The notes below the pieces were generated by a model. That model saw nothing but the letters and a program-made list of their open reading frames with translations, was not told the origin of the DNA and ran no database searches. 64,000 nucleotides of DNA, taken from IMG/VR virus record IMGVR_UViG_3300029955_000001; one strand, written 5' to 3'. The stretch's first letter is position 1; each line of letters starts with the position of its first letter. The position numbers were made by a program, and so were the translations under genes. Source of the DNA: a virus (taxonomy: Duplodnaviria; Caudoviricetes). Of this stretch, positions 19,323-28,277 are shown piece after piece.

Positions 19323-19678
19323 TTACTCCGCGTAAAGAGATTTAACACTTTCTTCGTTTTTTATTTGTTGCTTATCGTTAGGTGTCTTAAGTCTACGATC
19401 AATAGCAACTGGTATATCGGAGACACGCATATTTATAATTTCCATCTTTCTTAGCTGTTCTGGCCAAGGAGATTTAATGAAACGACCATCTTCCATCTCT
19501 TCTTGGCCAGAACCGATATACGTCCATCAGGTGTTCTGTACATATATGCTGGTTCGCGTGTTTTCTCAATAGTGTATTCATTAGGAAGACCAGTAATTAC
19601 ATAAACACCATTATTTTTAAAGTGACGTACTTCATCACCTATAGAAAAATAATTGGGTATGTAATATTTTTTAAAATT
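19323..19678 (-). pseudogene. Frameshifted DUF1653-like small gene
   Basis: Frame 1 gives ..IGDEVRHFKNNGVYVITG..EKTREPAYMYRTPDGRISV; a shifted frame continues GQEEMEDGRFIKSPW...LYAE*. Break at about 19509-19510; no in-frame ATG after the upstream TAA. Confidence 0.5.
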
Positions 19679-19775
19679 TTACTACGTTTATTTTTAAAGT
19701 AGAAGATTAATGCGCAAATAAATATAAGTGCGCACTCCAGTGTAATTAAACCACAAATACGAACGTCTTCATTCA

Positions 19776-21242
19776 TTATTCTTCCTCGAATATAAATTCT
19801 TCTTTAATTGTTTTCTTATCAGCGTTTAACCAGTATGGAAAATACAAACCTTTTCGCATTCTTAATAGATCCTTTACGCTTAAGAACGGGATAGGATGTT
19901 TATCGTTATTGATAGTCCACCACCCTCTTGTATTTGATAGGATTAGTTTCCAATCAAACCCTATCTTTGTTAAGTCTTCGTATAGTTCTTTTGGCGTGCA
20001 AAGAATATCACGATCCATCGTCCGCCAGAGTTGATCCATTTGGCACATCTGTGAAGTTATTTCCAAAGCGCGACGCAACATTGGATCGTTGTCAATCTTA
20101 CCACGAATAGTAGTTCTAGACAACTTTACATCTGGAAGTAATTCTAACGAATAAGAATGATCCTTAGGTCCGCCAGTGAAGCCGTAACGATCTTCTTCTT
20201 TGATGTAGTGAAATTCTGACAGACTAGGTAAGATACCTTCTGCTTGAGAAACGATTAGGCGAATTTCAATTCCAGACACACCAGCTTTACCACGTAAATT
20301 CTTAATCTTGATAACATTTAAGTCCGTATCAAAACGCATGTCGTCTTCAGAATCATGCGGATACTCAGGGCCTTTTGTTCCGTCGTTTATCAATGGCGTG
20401 GCATTAAAGATGTGCCAGCAGTTATGTGTATTTGTTGTAAATTTCTTTGTTGTTCCCATGATCTTATCACCACCTTTTAAGTGGGTCAAAGTTCTCACAG
20501 GAATTTCTTTACCAGGACCAGCTGACTGCATCATGGTTTCTTTACCAAGATGTGCTGTCATAAGCAGATAGTTATACGCTTCAGCATTCAAACGTGCTGC
20601 TTCCATCAAGAATCGCAACTTTGCTAAACCTTGACGCATGTGAAGTGTATTTGCTCCAGATTCACCTAGACTATTCTTATCCTGCATGTCAATGACATCA
20701 TCTGTTTCGAAATCAGTAAAACTATCGACTTCAGTAAACGTAGGCTGTATAATGTAAAGTGGACCTTTATGATCACGATTCCAAAACGGTGTTAGCACTT
20801 GTAGTTTTGATGCGTTCTTAATCTTTCTTGCAAGAAATTCTTTTTGTACGTCGTACCATGCATTACCTGAGTATTTTACTTTACCAGTTAATGTTACGCG
20901 TTTTGTTTCGAAAACATCAATTCCACCAAATTCAGGAATTCGATCAGCAATAGTTTGCACGTGATCTTCTTCAATACTTTCTTCTGTATCGTAAATGCTG
21001 CCTGTTGAACCAGCCATGCGGGCCACACATGTGAGGAACTGAAAACGTTCAAATGTTGATTTAAACATGTTGCCATAACCAACAGTACCTGTCGTGGTAG
21101 CGACACCACCATTTAAGATATACTCACCATAGCGACCCTCTACGAAGTTACCAGTGGGAATATCTAATAACGCCCCTACATTTATTTTAATCTTAACAAC
21201 TTCGGATGGTTCGAATGTTTGTGTCAATAAACTGTGATCCAC
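19776..21242 (-). CDS. RecA/UvsX-like recombinase (phiKZ gp152-like)
   Basis: 488 aa; divergent Walker A GYGNMFKST, YDTEES, Walker B-like TEVDSFT, IKIKNLRGKAG. Confidence 0.8.
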   Translation of the reverse strand: MDHSLLTQTFEPSEVVKIKINVGALLDIPTGNFVEGRYGEYILNGGVATTTGTVGYGNMFKSTFERFQFLTCVARMAGSTGSIYDTEESIEEDHVQTIADRIPEFGGIDVFETKRVTLTGKVKYSGNAWYDVQKEFLARKIKNASKLQVLTPFWNRDHKGPLYIIQPTFTEVDSFTDFETDDVIDMQDKNSLGESGANTLHMRQGLAKLRFLMEAARLNAEAYNYLLMTAHLGKETMMQSAGPGKEIPVRTLTHLKGGDKIMGTTKKFTTNTHNCWHIFNATPLINDGTKGPEYPHDSEDDMRFDTDLNVIKIKNLRGKAGVSGIEIRLIVSQAEGILPSLSEFHYIKEEDRYGFTGGPKDHSYSLELLPDVKLSRTTIRGKIDNDPMLRRALEITSQMCQMDQLWRTMDRDILCTPKELYEDLTKIGFDWKLILSNTRGWWTINNDKHPIPFLSVKDLLRMRKGLYFPYWLNADKKTIKEEFIFEEE

Positions 21243-21262
21243 GTGTTGCTCCTAGTTATTTA

Positions 21263-21541
21263 TTAAATACTTACTTGATGAAATAGATCTTCGAATATAT
21301 TCGAAGGCATGCAGATCATCCATTTATCTTTTATTCTTACAACATAATCACCAACTTTTGGTTTATGTTTATCAATGAATGTTTGTTTTACCATCAAAGT
21401 TTCATTTGTTCTTTTAGCAAAACTAATTCTAGTTGTTCGCTCGTTATCTAATCTTCCTGTCTGAAGTAACTCGGAAATTTTAAGAGCTTCTACAGTTCCT
21501 ATGCCTATGTACGTAGACCATGGTAAAATTATTTCTTCCAC
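21263..21541 (-). CDS. Hypothetical protein
   Basis: 92 aa; KHKPKVGDYVVRIKD motif. Confidence 0.65.
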   Translation of the reverse strand: MEEIILPWSTYIGIGTVEALKISELLQTGRLDNERTTRISFAKRTNETLMVKQTFIDKHKPKVGDYVVRIKDKWMICMPSNIFEDLFHQVSI

Positions 21542-21625
21542 GATTATTCCTTCATTATTTAGAGAGATAGATAGTTATACTCAAAGTATTGATATGACCA
21601 GTAATTTTATGATGACATTCACCAA

Positions 21626-22459
21626 ATGGACAAAACAATGACCGATACACTATTAGTAGAAAAAAACCAGATTGCTCAGGAGTTCCTTAACACCACAGAC
21701 GTCCAAGCTATCTTCAGAAACTTTTTTCCAGTAATAAAAGGGTTCCTTACAAATTTTCACGAGACTATTAGCCCAGAAGCCCCAGCAGTGGCATTAACAG
21801 CGTCTCAGTTCATCTTCTTTAAAGAACTGAGTAAACACTCTTATACAGACGTGTCGCATCTAGCAGCCTATGTTCCAGAGGGTTTAAACGTATCGTATTT
21901 AAAGTACGCTAAAGAACTACAAGAATCAGCCGAACACGCTGCAAACATTTTATATGGTGTTTTATCAAGTTATTCAATTTTCTTGAGTTCACTCATTACA
22001 AATCAAGATCAGAAACTAGATACAACTTCTTTCATTCCCGTTTATAAAAAACTAGAAGCAGAACGTGAAAAAATGAATAAAGATATTGGTGGTTGTTTTA
22101 CTACCGGTTCAACGAAGAGTGAATTAACGATTGGCGACGTTGTTGAACGAAATGCCGATTGGTTAAAAGTATTTGAACAGACTCATGTTCTCACTAAACT
22201 AATTAATAATGTCGACCGTAAAGCGTTGAATAAAAAGATTACTGAATGTATTGAATTGCTTGATGCTGTAAAAGAAAAAATGAAACGTAGTGAATTAGAT
22301 AACATCTCTAAAGAAACATCTAATAATTTAGCTGAAGGCGCCTATCAAATAGCGAATGAATTAGAATTTTTCTCTGTTACTTATTTCAAAGTTATTGGGT
22401 TAACTAACTCTATCAATACTACTATTGCTCATTTTTTCAAAGTATGTAATAATTTTTAA
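21626..22459 (+). CDS. Probable virion (head) structural protein
   Basis: 277 aa helical ORF between the recombinase and RNase H genes, a position occupied by a virion protein in phiKZ-like phages. Confidence 0.55.
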   Translation: MDKTMTDTLLVEKNQIAQEFLNTTDVQAIFRNFFPVIKGFLTNFHETISPEAPAVALTASQFIFFKELSKHSYTDVSHLAAYVPEGLNVSYLKYAKELQESAEHAANILYGVLSSYSIFLSSLITNQDQKLDTTSFIPVYKKLEAEREKMNKDIGGCFTTGSTKSELTIGDVVERNADWLKVFEQTHVLTKLINNVDRKALNKKITECIELLDAVKEKMKRSELDNISKETSNNLAEGAYQIANELEFFSVTYFKVIGLTNSINTTIAHFFKVCNNF

Positions 22460-22461
22460 TA

Positions 22462-22521
22462 CGGCATAAAAAATGTACCTACACAATACGATAGATTTGT
22501 ATTGTGTAGGTACATATGCCG
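22462..22521. terminator. Bidirectional hairpin flanked by CGGCATA/TATGCCG
   Basis: CGGCATA-aaa-ATGTACCTACACAATAC-gatagattt-GTATTGTGTAGGTACAT-ATGCCG between convergent stops. Confidence 0.85.
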
Positions 22522-22524
22522 TTA

Positions 22525-24045
22525 TTACTTAATAGTTTTATCTGTCGATATTAATCGGAGATTAGCGTAGCAATTACCCCATATGCCTTTGTCAGGTCCT
22601 GCTTCGATTACTGTAGCGTAACGAAATACTTTTGCATCTTCTAACCATGTCACAAGTGTTACTTTAGGATTACGTTCTTCTAATCGTTTTAACGCATTAC
22701 GATCAAGTACGTCTTGTCCCAAAGTTAATGTGATAGGCGCGGACTTTATAGTACCGTCTACTGATTTATAATTAGCATCAATTTTTAACGCAGCAAATCC
22801 AACAGTATATTCTGGTTTAAGTTTTAGAATTTCTGTTACTTCGTTATTCTTACTAGTCTTAGTAGTTACTTCATAAAGAACAGGTGTTAAGTCTGTTGTA
22901 ACGATTTCGGCATCTTTACTAAGATATTTTGTAAGAATTACAGATAAATTACCAATAGTATCAACTACACGCATAGCCGTCTTAACAGGCGATAATTCGT
23001 GCGTTAAAGGTTCTTTATCTAGACAGTATAAATCGAGTGCATATGGATTAGGTCTGACCATTGCAATCGAGCCGTGCTTTGCAAGTTCTTTATGTACATC
23101 AGGTTTAAACAACTGATCAACACGCAACATGATTAGTGTGTCTATATTACCAGACATTGCTGATTGATGTGCACGGATCATTTCGATAACAGGATCAGGA
23201 GTCTCTAACTTTACAACAGCGTGAGCGCCATCGCTAACACGCTTCCCGATCATATCGTCGTCTTTACCATGTTCGCCAAGATAATATTCACCAGGCTCAA
23301 TGAACTCACTAAATGTATTGAAATACATTCGCCGATTATTTAAAAACGGATGTCTTTCTGGGGAATATTTCCAATATCCGTCCGCTGCTGATGTGGTGAC
23401 ATCATTACGAAACACATGTGCTTTGGAATACATTACACCGAGTGTAGCGAGTTTATCAGCTAAAAAGTTACCTAGATATCCTTCTGAGGCAACGTCGTCG
23501 GTATGAGCAGACACCCAGTCTACTTTAACCTTAACACCTTTACTAACTAAACGATCTCGTATTTCAACAAGAGTTTTCCAGTATTCTACATTAGCAGGTG
23601 GTTGGCCATCGTTCTTCAACCAACCATTCTTTTTCCAGCTTTCTGCCCAACTAGCTAAACCCTTACACACGTGCTCGCTGTCGGTAAATATTTGTATTTC
23701 ACTTAATACAAATTGTTCGGCATATATAAGACCTTGGGTCGTCGCTGTTAATTCTGCAATGTTATTTGTAACTTCATCGTTAAAAGAACCACAACCATCA
23801 AGATAACTAATAGGCGTTACTTCTGGTAAATATTCTTTTGGTTTATTTGCTTTGTTCTCAGAAGATATGGACTTTAATACATAACCTTTTGATGTTAAAA
23901 CAAAATCCGAATTACCAGATCCTTTTTTAGGAACAGCAGTTGAATACAGATAACCATGTATACCCCAACCACCAAATCCTCTTGATGGTCGACAACCGCC
24001 ATCTGTGAAAATAACTATTCCTTGTTCCATGCTTTCTTTCTCCAT
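22525..24045 (-). CDS. rnhA: Ribonuclease HI-like protein (phiKZ gp155-like)
   Basis: IFTDGGC, TNNIAELTA, IFTDSEHV, WKKNGW, WVSAH, GNFLADKLA: full RNase HI catalytic set, plus a long C-terminal extension. Confidence 0.9.
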   Translation of the reverse strand: MEKESMEQGIVIFTDGGCRPSRGFGGWGIHGYLYSTAVPKKGSGNSDFVLTSKGYVLKSISSENKANKPKEYLPEVTPISYLDGCGSFNDEVTNNIAELTATTQGLIYAEQFVLSEIQIFTDSEHVCKGLASWAESWKKNGWLKNDGQPPANVEYWKTLVEIRDRLVSKGVKVKVDWVSAHTDDVASEGYLGNFLADKLATLGVMYSKAHVFRNDVTTSAADGYWKYSPERHPFLNNRRMYFNTFSEFIEPGEYYLGEHGKDDDMIGKRVSDGAHAVVKLETPDPVIEMIRAHQSAMSGNIDTLIMLRVDQLFKPDVHKELAKHGSIAMVRPNPYALDLYCLDKEPLTHELSPVKTAMRVVDTIGNLSVILTKYLSKDAEIVTTDLTPVLYEVTTKTSKNNEVTEILKLKPEYTVGFAALKIDANYKSVDGTIKSAPITLTLGQDVLDRNALKRLEERNPKVTLVTWLEDAKVFRYATVIEAGPDKGIWGNCYANLRLISTDKTIK

Positions 24046-24096
24046 AACTAAATGTTATTCTACAATATTACTGAAACAGGTAAAAAAGAATAGTTA

Positions 24097-24366
24097 TTAT
24101 TTAGATAATAATTTATAACAATTAACTTTTGTGATAACTAATAAATCTTTATACTTTTTATTTATATCGATATAATCTTTTGATATCTGAAATACTCTTG
24201 GAATTAAGAAAACGTTAATTGAAATTGAAGATACCACAATGCAAAATAATATCAATCGAATTTTCTCTGTTCTAAATGCATCGTTAATTGATTTATTACG
24301 AAGAATTACTTCTCTTAAAAAATTCCAAACAGGCTTTATGAGTATGTCTAGTATGATAGTAAACAT
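24097..24366 (-). CDS. Small membrane protein
   Basis: 89 aa with one hydrophobic segment (LILFCIVVSSISINVFLI). Confidence 0.55.
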   Translation of the reverse strand: MFTIILDILIKPVWNFLREVILRNKSINDAFRTEKIRLILFCIVVSSISINVFLIPRVFQISKDYIDINKKYKDLLVITKVNCYKLLSK

Positions 24367-24434
24367 TTTTTATCTTTCGACTTATTTTATAGTCCATCGG
24401 CTTTAATTTAATAACTAACACGCAGGAGAACCTG

Positions 24435-25769
24435 ATGTATGTCTTAAAAGGATTCGTTACAAACTCTGCGTTTACCAATAACGCTATTCCAAATATTACC
24501 GGAGAAACACCAGGTTCGGTATCTACAATTGGTGAGATATCCACTCTCTCTCTTACTTATGCGCAGCAAAAAGGATATTACTTTCCATCGACTGGACCGA
24601 CAGATTTAAGTTTAATTACGTTTACTAGTGCATTGAATGGTGTGCCGCAATTACTAACATCTGATATTAGTGATCATGTGTTGACGGTAGCACAAACACT
24701 GTTCAGTTACATGCATACAACCGGTCAGATCATGTCTGACACACTGTTGTTATATTTGCTTGGTCAATTCAGTGCTACAGCAAATAATTTTCAATGCGGT
24801 ACTATTATAAGTGATGGTGCTAACTGGGCACCTGAATGGCTATCGTGGACAAATACTTCGCTAACAGAACTTTCTGCTGGAAACGAGATTAAGGTTTGGT
24901 TTGTAGATGTGAGTTTTAGGAATGAATACGACGGCAGTCAAATCGTTGTAGTTCCACCTACGCTAGTATTGGATAATTTCTTTAATCCAAGCTCGATGGT
25001 AGCTACGATGCTGAGCGCTATCACGCCTGTAATGGTAATGAGCGCTATTCAAACTGCTAAAAATGGTTGTCCTGAAACTGTCGTTACTTGTGAAACATTT
25101 AACTATATTGATCCATTAAATTCAGCTAATGTTATTCCGACAAACTGGTATATGTTGATTTATGGTTCTGCTGGCAACAATGTTGATTCAATGGCAGATG
25201 CGTTGATAGCATACATTTTAGCAAACAGTACTCATACTGAAGCTGATTGGATTAAGGTTCTTCCTGACTTATTTAACAGAACTGAATTTGTTCTTGTGCC
25301 GTTATGGGATAATTATTCTATTCCTAACAGAACATTACAAGCTGGTATTTATTCGCCTATTGCAAGTATGACGAATTCTTTAGCATTACTCACGCAAGTA
25401 GAGCCTAGTTATCCTTCGGCTCATATTGATGAGTACGCTACACTGATGAGTTTCCCATACAAGTCAATGCAGATTGCATCTATTGGTAGTCCTAACAATA
25501 AGGATGCTTGGTATCAGATTAACAATGTAATGCCGGATGTCATTAATGTTTCTTCTACAAGTACTGACTTTAGCAGAATGAGTGCTACTACTCAAGCTTG
25601 GGCTACGATGATAGCTAACATGTTAGTCATCGCAGAAACAATGACAACTGATACTACAATACCACGTACGATGACAGCGCTTACTCGTAACGGGATCTTG
25701 TATTTAGTTCAGAATTATAACAACATCGATTATCTTGTAGCCGTGAAGTCCAACTTCCCGTTACCTTAA
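24435..25769 (+). CDS. Virion structural protein (phiKZ-like conserved)
   Basis: 444 aa; MYVLKGF...GELS-type N-terminus, PDLFNRTEFVLVPLW, GIYSP. Confidence 0.65.
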   Translation: MYVLKGFVTNSAFTNNAIPNITGETPGSVSTIGEISTLSLTYAQQKGYYFPSTGPTDLSLITFTSALNGVPQLLTSDISDHVLTVAQTLFSYMHTTGQIMSDTLLLYLLGQFSATANNFQCGTIISDGANWAPEWLSWTNTSLTELSAGNEIKVWFVDVSFRNEYDGSQIVVVPPTLVLDNFFNPSSMVATMLSAITPVMVMSAIQTAKNGCPETVVTCETFNYIDPLNSANVIPTNWYMLIYGSAGNNVDSMADALIAYILANSTHTEADWIKVLPDLFNRTEFVLVPLWDNYSIPNRTLQAGIYSPIASMTNSLALLTQVEPSYPSAHIDEYATLMSFPYKSMQIASIGSPNNKDAWYQINNVMPDVINVSSTSTDFSRMSATTQAWATMIANMLVIAETMTTDTTIPRTMTALTRNGILYLVQNYNNIDYLVAVKSNFPLP

Positions 25770-25796
25770 ACCGCACGTTAATAGAAAGTTTTAATC

Positions 25797-28265
25797 ATGA
25801 ATAAATTCGCACGAGTTGGATTAGTGTTGGCTATGGAAGAAGCAAAAGTTAAAAAGCCTATCGATGAAAAGAAAATTCATAAAGGTAAGTTTCATGAATG
25901 GTTAGGTAAAGATAAAGACGAACCTATCACCGATGCTGATATTGAAAAGGGTTTGGCGTCCGATGACCCTGAAGTTCGTAAGATGGCGAACTTTGCAAAG
26001 AATGCTCGTAAGTGGAAACATAAGAAAGCTAAAGTAGCTGCTGAAGCAATAGCACAAGAAGGTATCACAGGCGGAGCAGCTGTAGGCGCACTTGTTGGAT
26101 TAGTTGGTGGTGGTCCTGCTGGTATAATTCCTGGAGCTGTCATAGGCAGCATAGCAGGTTGTGTGGATGGTGGTAAGGATCGTGAGCTACAAAAAGATAT
26201 TACTAAGCCAAAGACGCATCGCGGTATTGTTAATGAGAGTGCTGTTATTGAAGGTGACTTGGCTAGCTCAGATAAGACAAGCACGCTGAATACCGAATCT
26301 TTAGGAAAAACTACACTCACTGCTACAGGTCTATCTGGTGGTCCGACTAAGGAAAAAACTTTTACAACTGAGCAACCAGATAAACCTGAAGCTAAGGAAA
26401 TTCCTGCCCCAGCTAAAGCAAAAGCTAATCCTTCTTTAGAAGAGATTACTCTGACGCTGGAAGACTTGGAAGAGTTTGAACTTGATGGCGGAAGTTATTT
26501 AGAAGAGCCAGAGGAATTAGAAGCTGGTACTTCGCCAATTAATAGCGAGACTACTCCTGCTGTTACGGATGGCAATGCTCCTGATGCTAATGGAAATGAA
26601 CCAGGTCATACCGTTACTTTCACCAATCAACAAGTGATGGCACATGGTAAGGCAACTATTACTAAATTAGTTACTGATTTAGTGAATACGCCTTTGAACC
26701 CAGATGCGCCTGTGGAAGAAGATCTAACAATCACTGGTCCTGTTGAAGATATAAATCCTTCTGAGAAGTCTGTCGCAGAATGTATGGAAGCATTAGTATC
26801 GTTAGAGTCTATTGCTAACGTTCTTCGTAAGTCTGTTCGTGAAGGTGGTGTGAACCGCGCAGGTGCTGAAATCTTAGCTATTACGACACAGGACCAGTTT
26901 TCAAAAATGGGCATCAGTACTAAAAACAGAATGCCTGCATTGGAATCATTCGATAGCTTTGGGCCGCGTATCAGTTCCACACAGATGGCTTTGGAAGGAA
27001 TCGTCTCTGGTGCAAAAGAGATTCTTGTTAAGCTATGGGAATGGATTAAGAAAGCTGTTGAATGGATTAAGGGTTTCTTTAAGAAAGCTGAAGTTCAGAA
27101 TGCGCAGACAATCGCTCGTGCAAATGAGATTAAACCATTCTTGGATAAGTTGTTTGAAATAGAACGCGATATTACCGATAAGCATTTTAATAGTGATGCG
27201 GTATTTGCCGAAGGCAGAGCAGCTGCTAATAATGGTAAGAGTGTTCGCTCTAATCCTTACATCGATGGTGGGGAATATCATCACAGTTGGCACGCTGGTA
27301 ACGATTTCGGTAAAGCTGGATCAGAAACTGTTTTCGGTAACAAGATGAAGAATGCTGCTCCTGGTTATAAGGATGCGCAACTAAACAGAGATAAACTGAA
27401 GAAACCATTATCTGAGGATGAAGTCAATAAAACAATGGACGCGACTACATCTGGCGAATCAATCTCTCATGAAGACGCTGCTGGTTTTGAAATGAATTCT
27501 GACTCTATCTCTGATCCTGGATTATTTTCTTCTTTACAAATCGGTGGTACATTACCGAACTTTGCTACTGCGTTAAGAAGCTATCACAGCATTTCTGATT
27601 CAGTTTTAAAAGACAATGACGCACCAATCAAACATGAGGCACAAACGTTGGTTGATAGTTTTGAAAAAGGTAATTTTAATAACTTGTCAGAAACATTCAA
27701 GTTACCTAGATTTACTTTTAAACCAATGCATCCTGCACACAATGATTTAGATATGTCTTTGCCAGAAGGCGTTATAAAGATTGAAACTGATCGCATGTTT
27801 GGTAACGTAGCTTTAGCTGGAATTGTTCCTACTAGTGATTTAGCAGGGGAACAGGCAATTAAAGCATTGACAGCTGCTAAAGTATTCTTGGAAAAAGATC
27901 AAGCTGAAGGTGGGCATAAAGCCACTGATTTGAAAATACTGACAAAAGAAGAATGCAGAGCAGCGTTTGATACTGTGATGCAAATTTCTTCATGTGTAAC
28001 GTCGGTACAGGATCTTGCACTGTTCTCAGAAGACTTGAAGAATAAGTTGATCAAAGCTAATCAGCGAATTATAGCCAATGGTGCCGACGATACACAGGAC
28101 GCAAATGATGAAAACAAACATAAGGAGGTCAATAGTATTGTCGCAATCAATCGCGGCATTATTAAACTATTGGATCAACCTGGTTTGTCGTATGTCGGCT
28201 ACGCTATAAAAACAAACAATGCTCTCCTCACGTATATTGAGAAGTCAATACAAGCAATGAACTAA
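25797..28265 (+). CDS. Head/inner-body protein of the phiKZ gp93/gp162-like paralog family, with propeptide
   Basis: 822 aa; repeated S/A-x-E protease-type sites (AMEE, SLEE, SLES, ALES, ALEG), acidic propeptide, then W-rich LWEWIKKAVEWIK. Confidence 0.7.
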   Translation: MNKFARVGLVLAMEEAKVKKPIDEKKIHKGKFHEWLGKDKDEPITDADIEKGLASDDPEVRKMANFAKNARKWKHKKAKVAAEAIAQEGITGGAAVGALVGLVGGGPAGIIPGAVIGSIAGCVDGGKDRELQKDITKPKTHRGIVNESAVIEGDLASSDKTSTLNTESLGKTTLTATGLSGGPTKEKTFTTEQPDKPEAKEIPAPAKAKANPSLEEITLTLEDLEEFELDGGSYLEEPEELEAGTSPINSETTPAVTDGNAPDANGNEPGHTVTFTNQQVMAHGKATITKLVTDLVNTPLNPDAPVEEDLTITGPVEDINPSEKSVAECMEALVSLESIANVLRKSVREGGVNRAGAEILAITTQDQFSKMGISTKNRMPALESFDSFGPRISSTQMALEGIVSGAKEILVKLWEWIKKAVEWIKGFFKKAEVQNAQTIARANEIKPFLDKLFEIERDITDKHFNSDAVFAEGRAAANNGKSVRSNPYIDGGEYHHSWHAGNDFGKAGSETVFGNKMKNAAPGYKDAQLNRDKLKKPLSEDEVNKTMDATTSGESISHEDAAGFEMNSDSISDPGLFSSLQIGGTLPNFATALRSYHSISDSVLKDNDAPIKHEAQTLVDSFEKGNFNNLSETFKLPRFTFKPMHPAHNDLDMSLPEGVIKIETDRMFGNVALAGIVPTSDLAGEQAIKALTAAKVFLEKDQAEGGHKATDLKILTKEECRAAFDTVMQISSCVTSVQDLALFSEDLKNKLIKANQRIIANGADDTQDANDENKHKEVNSIVAINRGIIKLLDQPGLSYVGYAIKTNNALLTYIEKSIQAMN

Positions 28266-28277
28266 AGGAAATAAGTT

